From contig OU015566.1 of the NCBI GenBank assembly GCA_907165135.1, positions 7,378,001 to 7,442,000 of the forward strand: a DNA stretch of 64,000 nt, read 5' to 3'. A program made the position numbers and the translations under genes. This stretch comes from Oikopleura dioica (lineage: Eukaryota > Animalia > Chordata). Of the stretch, positions 1 to 10,181 are shown one piece after another (the stretch's first letter is position 1; each line of letters begins with the position of its first letter). The notes beneath the pieces were generated by a model that was not told the origin of the DNA, searched no databases, and saw only the letters and a list, made by a program, of their open reading frames with translations.

Positions 1-173
1 ATACCGGCGAGAATATTTTGTTTGATGAAATCGACGTTGTCATCTCCGGCAATTTCAAACACAATCGGATCGAGATTCGAGCTAATGGTGACTTTTATTG
101 ACCTCTGATCAACAGGGATGCTCTCTTCGTTGTTTTCATGTTTACTCATTAAAACATCGCCGTTTTCGCTCAT
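1..173 (-). CDS. 5' part of a gene running off the window; N-terminus resembles a ubiquitin-like fold
   Basis: ATG at 173 preceded by tttag acceptor; reads MSENGDVLMSKHENNEESIPVDQRSIKVTISSNLDPIVFEIAGDDNVDFIKQNILAG with no stop to base 1; IKVTI...FEI..DDNVDFIKQNI resembles the Ubl beta1-beta2-helix pattern (inference). Confidence 0.4.
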   Translation of the reverse strand, partial: MSENGDVLMSKHENNEESIPVDQRSIKVTISSNLDPIVFEIAGDDNVDFIKQNILAG

Positions 174-389
174 CCTAAACGATGCAAATTTGAGTTTGAA
201 ATAGAAAATGGAATCTGCGGACACATGTATTGAACGTGAAGAAATAAGAAGATAATTAGCAGGAAAGTGCATCAATGAAATAAAGTTCGAGTTTAAAGTA
301 GGTAAGGATTTTTGTTTCAATTCGTTTTTGTTGTATCGGAGTAAATTCGCAGTTTAAACTGTCTTAAACAAGAAAGATATACATGTGTT

Positions 390-2350
390 TCAGTTCACCA
401 AGCGTTGCTTTAGCGAGAAGAGCAGGCCTGTCCACCAATCATTCCTGAAAGAATATTGATTGGGAAAGTGTTTTCAGAAAGATGAGAACCTGTAACATTG
501 GTGCTTTTTTATTAAATCTTCGATCGCATATTGAGTTTCCATTCGAATTTCATCAACTGTTTTTCCAATCGTTTCTTGTAATAAAAGAATTAATGAAACC
601 GGCAGAAAATGATAGCTTAAACAGGTTTTTTTTAAGACTGCTCCTCAACTGTGGAGCGGTTTTGAGTATCTTAGAGTCCAGATATTTTAATTATCTCTTT
701 TGCAACAAGTAGGGGAGGGTCCATAGTGTGTTAAATAAGCTTTTGGTGTCCTCATCTGAATCGGTGGTGGAGCAATGACGTCAGCATTCCGAAATTCTGG
801 CTCTTTTATAGACGGCAACCAAAAATCGAAAAATGGTAAAAAGCGATAGACTTTTGTTCTAATCGAGCAGATGTCTTCCGCATATGGGTAAAAAGTATTT
901 TTGATTATTTTTGGTGTTAGCACCAATGTTGGTGGTGGAGAAATGAGGTCATCGTCAATTTTTTCCTATGATTTAAGTGTATTTTTGACTATCTGGTTAC
1001 TCCACCACCACTGATGGTGCTGACACCAAATCCTTATTTAACACACTACAGACCTTTTTGAACAAGGTCCAAAAGAGAGAATCAAAATATCTTGACTTTA
1101 AGGTACTCAAAACCGCTCCACAGTTGAGGAGCAGTCTTAAAAAAAACCTGTTTTACCGATTGGATCGCCGATGTAAGTCTTCAGCTTGACCGGAAAGCCG
1201 CCGAATAAAAGAGAAATAGGAAGTCTTGTGTACTCATAGAGCCTTCGCATTGTTGCACCTTTGAATCTGTCGGGGAAGTCGAACGCTTGGCGAACGTTTT
1301 CAGTAAACATGGGGACTATTGGTACTTGAGCTGCTGAAGCGCATTTGGCAAATCCATCACGTTTTCCCTTCAAAAGATTTTAGGAAAACTGCTTCAATTT
1401 CTGTTCATTACCCAAATTTGCTGGTAGTGTTTTGAATGGAGCGCTTCTCGAACGCCACCAGGAGACACAATGACGATTTCCCCATCGCTGAGGAGCTCTT
1501 CCAGACGGCTTCGAGGACCGTAAGTAGCTCCGAACGCGTCTAACAAGAGTCGAAAGCCTGGTAGCTTGAACATGAAGTGGTCAACGACGGGGCGAAGAGC
1601 GATGGAATGGTTGACATGCGACCAGGAGTTGAGGTAGTAAACGTCGATTGGTAATGCGCCGTGGTAGTAGACAATCAGCAGCCCCTGAGATAAAAATAAG
1701 TTGAGTAAAATAGAGTTTGACACTTAGGGGTTTTTTTACTCTCTAGGACTGCATGGAGCGAACTTCCCTAGTAAAACGATTACGGACGAAAATACCTTGT
1801 TTTGTTGCTGAAGCTTGATTATATTTTCAAAGCCGATGACTTCATAAGAATGCCAGAGGCGAGCGTGAACCGACCAGCAGTAACAAATGACATTGACGAA
1901 CTTTCGAAGCGGGGTATCATCCCTTCGGACGACGTTGAGAAGCTGGCCCCGATGCCAGCGGTAAAGATGAAGAGCAAGAACGGATAAATAAATGTAGATG
2001 ATAAACAATGCAGGAAGAATTATGTAGAGAATAAGGAAGGAGTTCATCACATAGTTGCGGATGTCGAGTATCTTTAGGCGCTCTATAAATCGGTAAATTT
2101 CGAGAGATTTCGGAAATGCCCATGTGGCGAAGAGGATGATTAATGCGATTTCTGTTTTATAAATCATCCGCTTAAAACTAAAACTAATTGGAAATCCAAC
2201 GGTCTAGTGATCTTATTCTAGAAGTTACTTACCAGCACGGGCAAAGAGCCAGTCGAAGAATCCGGTAAATTTGTCGACCGACAAAACGGCGATGGTCGAC
2301 ACCCATGGCCAGAATTCGTAGAAAACTTCAGCGCATATCTTTCCGGACAT
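390..2350 (-). CDS. TMEM68: TMEM68/DIESL-type membrane acyltransferase (multi-exon)
   Basis: Exons encode HARLWHSYEVIGFE, IVYYHGALPIDVYY, VSPGGVREAL, GFAKCASAAQVPIVPMFTENVRQAF, GGFPVKLKTYIGDPI and C-terminal AIEDLIKKHQ...KQRLVN*, matching TMEM68 motifs. First exon MSGKICAEVFYEFW splices in frame to EIALIILF. Confidence 0.9.
622..1150. mobile_element. MITE/foldback element with ~150-bp imperfect terminal inverted repeats in a TMEM68 intron
   Basis: CAGGTTTTTTTTAAGACTGCTCCTCAACTGTGGAGCGGTTTTGAGTA at 622 is the reverse complement of ~1100-1150; similarity continues ~150 bp inward; TSD not resolved. Confidence 0.8.
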
Positions 2351-2489
2351 ACTGTTTCTTTTTCATATCAAATGGAACATCCCATTTCGACTTTCTCTAA
2401 AAACAGAAATTTGCTAAAACCGATGTTTTCGAAAGATTCAGACAAAAGTTGATGAACATAAAGGGCAGTTTCTGATATTGAAAAGGGGA

Positions 2490-4301
2490 CTAGTCGAATG
2501 TTCTCTTTCTCGTATTGCCGCCGAACTTTTTCTTTTTAAAAGCCACAGGCTATAGAAAATGATTAAAATGGTAATCCTTATTCAATCCTACCTCAACTTT
2601 GCCTGTTTCATCGCCGACTGAGATGATTTCGGCCTGTTTCTCGCCCCCTACTTTGAATCTTTCGTCTTTATACGTAAAGCCTTTATATTTGTCCTCATCG
2701 TTAGCTTCTTGTTCGTAAAACGCATCTGCCTCTGGAGGAAGACCGAGACTTTCTGCAGTTTCTTGCTTTACTTCCTCATGGACCTCTTCAGTTTTCTTTG
2801 GAACCCAAGTACCGTAAGCTACGTCGTTGGATCGTTTACTGCCGGCTTTTGCATCATCAGCGCCCTATAATTTTAGTACATCTTTGTATTTATAATTCTG
2901 AAATATCCTTACCTTCCAAGAAAGCGTCTTCGCAAAAGCAGAATTACTCTTCAGCCCGGCTGTTGTCGAATTCGAGGTATTATTCGTTCCTGCGCTCGAT
3001 TTGAACAGGCCCTTGCCGGATTTTTTGAAGGAAGGCTAAATTATTCATTCTTGAGAGGCTCATGAAAATGATGAAGAGTCAGTCAGACTGACAGTGACAG
3101 CGAATGACCAGTGAACTCACCTTGCTGATTTTGACATTTGATGCTCCTTCAGCAGCCGCGCTTTCGATAGATTTCTGCTTGCACTCCCACATCTAAGATT
3201 ATTTTTAGTTTGAGGCTTTGTCGGACATTAACCCCTATAAGCGAAGCAGTCTAAAAACCCCCTTAGACGAAGTGTACAATTTTTGTTTATTTGGCCTTCT
3301 TCTTGAGATAATCTCCTGAAAATCACAGATTATACAAAAACGAACATTCTCTTTCAAACTGCACTTTTAAATTTCTAAAAAAACTATACTACGCACTAGA
3401 ATTTGTTTTTCTTATATGATTAATTATGTTGAAATTATTAAAAATCTTCATCCAATCTTTTCAAAGATCCCAGATTCGAATTCTCCATACTTAAAAACCT
3501 GTAAATAAGTTAAAAGTAATAGCTCAGAGACGCCTAAAAGATAAATAGAATTTTTTGTTCCTTTGAAGCGCGCAGGTGGAGGTGAGAAAAACGGTGCTCA
3601 CGCAGTACTCGTGGGTCTTATCAGGCTGAAACTTTTTAGGGAGGTGCGTAATGCGTGTGGAAATACTCATTTAAGTTTTCAGATCGTTCCGATTTACCAG
3701 TTCTGTTTGGCAGGCGATAATAACCCGAAATCGACAAAAATTGTACACTTCGTTTATAGGGGTTAATTTACCGGCGGCGGTTTCCATCTAGTTTCTCTGG
3801 TCTTCGAGTTCCAGTAGTAAATATTCCCACTAGAATCTTTCGCTTCATGCCAATCCTTGGCCTCTTCTTTTTGTTTCTCTTTTTCTCTCTCAGCTTCGAG
3901 TTGTTTTTCTTCATCGCGTCTTTGCCGTTTCAGACTTTTTGCAGTGACCCCTGCTTCTCGCAGATCTCGTTTATACGCCTCCTAGAAAGGTGATTTAATT
4001 TACTACAGAAATTCTGTAACAGAATTTCAATATCCTCTTACTCTAGCAGCTCTGTCAGCTTCAGCCAAATAGCACTCGATTTTGTCCTGCTCCTTGGCAT
4101 TGAATTCGGAGATCTTTCTGATGGACGCTAGCGCCTTGGTCTTGAGCTCCTGATGCTTCGATCCCCTGCAGGAAAAGGGAATAAAAAGTTAAAGATAACA
4201 GATTACCTCTCATGAGTTTCCTTCTCTACTTTATTGTCCGCATACCAGCATTTACAAAACTCACAATAGACTCGCCCCTGCGAGACCCAGAATTCCGACA
4301 T
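2490..4301 (-). CDS. WBP4: WW domain-binding protein 4 / FBP21-like splicing factor (U1-type Zn finger + WW)
   Basis: MSEFWVSQGRVYCEFCKCWYADNKVEKETHERG (Zn finger), WHEAKDSSGNIYYWNSKTRETRWKPP (WW), AYGTW and C-terminal PVAFKKKK...* match WBP4 architecture. Confidence 0.88.
3232..3762. mobile_element. Non-autonomous piggyBac-like element in a WBP4 intron
   Basis: TTAA at 3228-3231 and 3763-3766; termini CCCCTATAAGCGAAG / CTTCGTTTATAGGGG; internal copy of ACGAAGTGTACAATTTTTG near the left end. TTAA TSD plus CC..GG ends is the piggyBac signature. Confidence 0.85.
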
Positions 4302-4542
4302 CTGAAAAAAATAAACATCATTTTTTCAAGTCTTATGACCAGAAAAACAGTCGAAGAACGAATTTTTAGAGGAAAATGAGCTGGACCTTAGAGCGACGAC
4401 TCTGATTGGCTGAAAAAAGAGGCGCTCAATTTAAAATGAAGTCCAGCGCGCGAGAAAATTTTTAATTTTTGAAGCAGGAAAATGAGTTTATTTCAGTATT
4501 TCATAAAGGAACAGAAAAAGGCCGGAGGTACAGTAAAGGTGA

Positions 4543-4809
4543 CTAAAAGAACTTTCCGGTATTGGGAGGAACGATTTTCGGCTTAGTAAGGTTTCGGAAA
4601 TACGGGAACTTGTTCGTTTTGTCCGTTGATTCATTCAGGAGGGTCTGGAACTTTTGAGCTTCACGCTGGTAATCTCTGAATAAATTGGATTATTGAAATT
4701 TTCTTGAGCTTTTTTTTGTCAATTACCGATTCTGGGCAGCAGATCTGGTCCTCTGAAGAAGCTGCTGTGAAATTCCAAAATTTTGTTTCAAAGTTTTTTG
4801 CACAAACAT
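4543..4809 (-). CDS. Putative 71-aa two-exon microprotein
   Basis: MFVQKTLKQNFGISQQLLQRTRSAAQNR|DYQREAQKFQTLLNESTDKTNKFPYFRNLTKPKIVPPNTGKFF* joined in frame by a ~50-nt GT-AG intron; not in the ORF track. Confidence 0.5.
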
Positions 4810-5499
4810 TTTTTCAAGAATTCTCTTTTTTTGGCGACAGGAAATTGGCTTTTTGGTAACTGAAAAATGGACACGAAGAATTTATCAGCGGATCTCAAGA
4901 TCGTGCAGTAACAACTGATTGTTACGTAAGAAGCAGCTGATGACGATCTTTCTTCTCGACCAGGGGTGGATATTTTGATATCAAACCAGTTTTTCAAAAC
5001 TGTCGAATCATTTATTTCATCGTTTCAAAATTTGAAATTTCAATTGAAATTGCAGGAAAAAGCCGATGCAATGACTGAAATCTATTGAAAATGAAAAAAA
5101 AGCGTTTTCAAAAGATAAAGCTTCGTGCGGAGTTTTGAAATGAATTTGAAACTGCAATAATTGACATTTCAATCAGTTTTTCTTGTTTAGCGACTTGAAA
5201 GGAATTTGAAAAATGAAATTGAAAAAATGAATCGTTGCAAATTTGAAGAAGGCGCAAAAGGAAAAACTCAGCGCGCCTGCCATCCCTTTTTGACTCCCGC
5301 ATTTCCAAAAATCCCGTATTTTTAAAATCCTAAATTTATGAAAATCCCGTACTTCTCAAATTGGCGATCGGAAATCGCCAATTTAGGATTCTGCCGATTC
5401 AGGATGATGGGAAATGCGAGATTTTTTTCTTTTGAGTTAGTTGCTTTACCAAATTTTCATTGATTGATCATATAACTTTATTTTCTTGGCTTCTCCACA

Positions 5500-5820
5500 G
5501 CCAATCCCGGCTTCACCAACTTTCATCCCGGCTTCAATAACTTCGATCCTCGCTATACATACGTGAATACTGGTGGCTCAAGCAACAATTCGAGCGTCAC
5601 TTTCTTCAATCCTAGCTTCTCAGATGCCAGTCCCGGCTTCTCAGTTCTCTATAATTGCTTCTTGAATGTAGATCATGGCTTCTCCAAGATTAGATTGACG
5701 TTGGTAAAACCTAGATTGAAACTAATGAAGCCTGGATTGACGTCGAAGAACCTGGGATTGAAATTAGAGAAGCTATGATTGAACTCGATGAAGCTAGGAT
5801 TGAAGAAATTAGGGTTCCAA
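5500..5820. repeat. Degenerate 21-bp periodic repeat in two oppositely oriented arrays
   Basis: Units like AATCCCGGCTTCACCAACTTT / CATCCCGGCTTCAATAACTTC on the left; reverse-complement units (GAAGCCTGGATTGA, GAAGCTAGGATTGAA) on the right. Confidence 0.6.
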
Positions 5821-6522
5821 TTTTCGTCGAAAGAATGTTGAGCTGAGCGAACGGCTGAGCGGTCGACCGCTTAAAATTTTTGAGCGGAGCGAGCGGTTGA
5901 GCTTTTGACAAAAACAGCCGTGAGCTGAACGAGCAGACTTTGAGCAAAAAGACTGTAAGCAGTGTATTTTTTCCCTCAAAAAATACTTTTTCAGTTTTTA
6001 TTTTGAGTATCGACTAGTGTCGGACATAAATTTCCCAAATGCGGCTGAAGAGTGTAAAGAATCTGTAAGAAGTGTTTTGACCAATTATTTCTAATAATTT
6101 CTTTTATTATTTTCTTCATTTACTCACCAAAAACACTAAAGAAAGTATTGACTTACCGCTCAACCGCTCACTGATCTCAAGTTGAGCGAGCGGCTGAGCG
6201 GTCTTAAGAAATGACGGTAGTGCTGAGCGAGCTGACGGGCCGCTCATTCCTTAACCTTTCGACGACAAACGAGAATTTCCCGCACCGACGACAATGTGTC
6301 ATATGACACATCTCCTTTACTGGCCTCTAGAGGCGATTATAGAAACCAAAATTAGACTCTGGAGTCTGGAACAAAACTCAAGCCTCAACTTTAACCCGAA
6401 CTCGAACCGAAATCCCCCAAAAATGTATAATTTTGCCGGCGGAAGATATCTTACCGACGACAATGTGTCGTATATGAAACATAGCCTCTACCGCCTTCTA
6501 GAGGCCATTTTATAGGCCGAAC

Positions 6523-6607
6523 TCCGTGCGCACCAATTTTCAAAATCTGCGTGCGAGGCAAACACGCGCACGCGTGCGCACGGACGCACGCGTGTTTTGG
6601 AACTCTG
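6523..6607. mobile_element. Terminal fragment of the CAGAGTTCCAAAA hAT-MITE family
   Basis: GCAC-type repeats ending GCGTGTTTTGGAACTCTG, the reverse complement of the left terminus of the element at 10262. Confidence 0.75.
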
Positions 6608-8278
6608 CTCAGAAGTCGCCTACCTGTTATTTTCTAAATCCAGGTTACAGAATTCGACGACCTGAGACTGGTAAACCCTGGGTTTACCTTTAAGGTTAGA
6701 CATTTTGAGAACCTTGGTTTGTAAACCCAGGTGACCGCATACCACCGAATTTTCGGTCTTTCTCGATTGGTCTCCGTTTGCCCAGGTCGCTGTTTCCCCA
6801 AGTTGGGCAAACGGAGATCAGCTCAACTCAGTGATTTTTGAAAATGCTCAGCTCAGCTCTGTAGAGCTCTTTATCGATAAGCTTTCTCCTGGTTATTCTT
6901 TAACACTCTCGGTTAGGGTTAGGGTTTGGAAATCGGCGTATTTTGAGAATTACTGCATGCATCTCCTGAGGTGCATGGCTAGAATGATGGATGCACCTCC
7001 TGGCGGGTAAGGATAAAATGTCGATTTGGGGGTAAGGTTAAAACACAGTAAAAACAGCTCAGCTCAGCTCTAATTAGGGTCCGCTCAGCTCAGGTCAGCT
7101 AAAATACCTTAAAAAAATCTGCCCAGCTCAGCTCAATGACCTCTGAAAAAGGCCAGCTCATCTCCGCTCAGCTCAGAGAACTTTATACTCGGGTCAGCTT
7201 AGCTCAGCTCAGCAAAAATATAGCAAAATTTGCAACTCTGCAGATAAGGGCCTTATCTTTTTAAAAAGCAGTAGCTGAGCTTAGATAGCGGAGCTGAGAG
7301 GAAAGTTTAGCTAAGCGTAGCGGAGCTGGCGAAAATTTATTTGGCCGTAGCGGAGCTGGTCAGAATTTTCTTCACTGTAGCTGAACAAAAACCTTTTTTT
7401 CCGTAGCGGAGCCGTCAGCTCCGCTATCTCCGCTACGCAAATTTCCAACTGTGGCCCTACATGTCCCAGTGTGTAGCTCAGTCTATGACGGTAATTTTGA
7501 GCGCAAGAATTCCTTGTCCCGGAAGGTCTAGGAGGTGGTACAAAGTTCGGGAAGTCGACCAAAAATTGGTACTTTTGAAGAAAATTTTCCTTTTTTCTAT
7601 CATTTATGAGTCTAACTTCACTTTTTATACCTCTTCAACGCATTGTGTCCTCCAGTGTCCTCCAAGGCTAAGCAATTTGAAATTGATTTGAAAAATGAAA
7701 ATAGATTGAAAAATCTGTCAAGATTTGAAAACCTTTCGCAAAATGCAAAATGAAACAGTTGAAAATTTCAAAAAAGGCTCGGCGTCATTATCATTTGAAA
7801 TGAATTTGCAATTGCGAAAATGAGTTGAAAAAAGGATTATCTTTTGAAATTTCAAATCAAAAACGGTTGAAATAATGATTTGATATCAAAATATCCACCC
7901 CTGTTCTCGACCATCTTTTTTTTTCTCCTGACGATAAGTTAGAGAAAGTACTGTTATTCATCTTTCTGACGGGAGTTTTATGGAAATCTTTGATTTTTCA
8001 GAAGAATTGTTCTTTTCTCTCGATGACTCATGAAAGCCATTAAATTCTGCTGAGTGTCTCCTTTATTATTTTCTCTGGAAAGTTTCATAATTTTTCACGT
8101 CTTTTCTATTTACGAATTTTTCGAAAAAGGGCATTTTCGGCGCCAGTTTAATTTTTCGCCTCTGGTCTCATTGGCCGCGCCACTCCTCTTTTTTCATTTC
8201 AAAAAAGAGCAATTTTTGAAAAACGCGACTTTTACTGTATTCACTGGAGAGGAAACTGGAGGATTCTTTTGCTTTAGA

Positions 8279-10051
8279 ATGGGTGTGAAAACTTGCTACA
8301 ACAAGGCTTGCTCCAACCAAGGGAAATTTAACGAAGAAGAAAATGGACCTGAAGCTTGTAGATTTCACGCGGGAGGGCCTGTTTTTCACGATGCTTACAA
8401 GGTGCTTTTATTTCTTTATATAGAAAATGATACTATATATTTCTTTTTATATAAAGGCTCGATTGTCAAGGCGATTATATGGCGTGCTTTCTTTGCTCTT
8501 TCGAATCGAGTTAAAATCGATTGGAAACACAAAAAACTGACAAAATTGTGATTTTCTTTGAACAATTTTGAAGGGCTGGAGCTGTTGTAAGAAACGCGTG
8601 ACGGATTTTGGCGAGTTCTTGGCGATTCCAGGCTGTACCGCTGGCCCCCATAATCCCGAAAAGAGCGAGGCGGCACCTGTAAAGCCAGACGTAAAAAACA
8701 CCGGCGCCAAAGAAAAACCCGCTTTTTCGAAAGGTTTTCACAGTAATTTTATGATCATTTTTGACAATGAGCTTCAGAAAGAGACCCGAAAAACTATGGA
8801 AAAGAAACGTATGTTTCCGCGCCGCCAAGTCGAGAAAAATTGGCAGCTCAAGAAGAAACGAATGATTCAGAAGAGGTTGAGCAGAAATGCTCCCTGAAGG
8901 CGAAGATTTTGAGCTCGCTGAAGACGGAGCTGGCGAAAATGGAATTGGCGGAGAAGAATAGGGCCGATTTGACGAAAACTGTTCAAGGTAAAGTGGCAAA
9001 AATCGAAAAGCCGCTTGCGGCTTCGAGAAACGAAACATGGAGCCGCAAGCGGCTTCTTCATTTGAAGAATTTTCTTTTCCAATAAACATTATTTAGTCGG
9101 CTGGCCTTGTAGCCGCTCAGGCTGTTCCGAAACTTACAAAGGCGAAGCTAGCAACGCCAACTGCTGTCATTACCATCCTGGCGTGCCGATCTTCCACGAA
9201 GGCATGAAATTCTGGTCCTGTTGTGAGCGAAAAACATCCGACTTTACCGCCTTCCTCAATCAAGCCGGATGCGAGAAAACAGACAAGTAAATACGAATAA
9301 TTACGAATAGTTTCGTGAATAATGGGTTGGCTCAATTTCCTCTTTGCTTCGTGGGTTGAGCAAATACATATTTTTAGTCACGATTGGGTGCACCCGGACG
9401 AAGCAGCGCTCAAATCGAAGGAAAACGCGAGATATGATTACCACCAAACACCGACTAATATCACCCTCAATGTTTACTGCAAAGGTTTGATAATGAAACG
9501 ATGTTGATTTTAAGAGGATTGATCATTTTTAGGAGTTATTCCGAAAGAAACTACAGTTCATGTGTCAAACAAACGAATCGACATTGATGTAAGGATTCCT
9601 ACGGAAAGAGTTAATTATTCAATGAATTTTAGTTTTGCTTTGGAATCAGAAAGACAAAAATGTCCGTGGCGGTTTCCGAACTTTGGGGAAAAGTAGTAGC
9701 AACGAGCTCGAAACTCAACATTGGCAGCACGAAGCTGGAGCTAATTATGAAGAAGAAAACGAGTGGAACATGGAAGAAGTTGCACGCCGAGGAGATAGGC
9801 GCCACCGTGTTTTTCGGAATGAGAGATAAGAAGCCGGACATTTGGGTTAGCCCCTTTTTGTTCGAGAAAGACTTTCAATTATTTTTCAGCCAGAAAATGT
9901 CGTCGATGATAACGGAGAATCAGCCCCTGCCAAAGCCGACCTGAAAGCAGCTCTTCCAAAAGTAGAAACAAAAGCGTCCCCACATGTTATTTCAAAGCCC
10001 ATCGAAGAAGACTTGGACGTTGACGATTTGATCGAAAGTGAATGGAGCTAG
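8279..10051 (+). CDS. CHORDC1: Cysteine and histidine-rich domain protein 1 (CHORD1-CHORD2-CS)
   Basis: CYNKAC...[15 protein letters not shown]|[21 protein letters not shown]; [27 protein letters not shown]; CS domain RYDYHQT...LWGKV...KLELIMKK..W. Confidence 0.95.
9008..9056. repeat. Tiny foldback repeat (AAGCCGCTTGCGGCTT family), intronic
   Basis: AAGCCGCTTGCGGCTTC and its inverse AGCCGCAAGCGGCTTC; related copies at ~29783 and 31579. Confidence 0.6.
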
Positions 10052-10181
10052 AATTTTTCACTCTTTAGTCAATTTTTTGAATTAACTTATAACCAAAATA
10101 TCTTCAACTATCATTTTTTTCCTGAGAATTTTACTTGTAGCTTCTACAAATTAAAATTTGTTTCAATTAATGTCTTTTAGA

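Larger units (their letters stand above)
4961..7903. mobile_element. Non-autonomous hAT-type element filled with nested repeats
   Basis: 25-bp TIR CAGGGGTGGATATTTTGATATCAAA at both ends; 8-bp TSD TTCTCGAC at 4953-4960 and 7904-7911; no transposase ORF inside. Confidence 0.9.

Noticed and set aside
632-1140. Assigning the TMEM68-intron MITE to Kolobok (TTAA|GA...TC|TTAA)
   Set aside because: The inverted symmetry extends ~10 bp beyond the TTAA, so the true termini and TSD are ambiguous.
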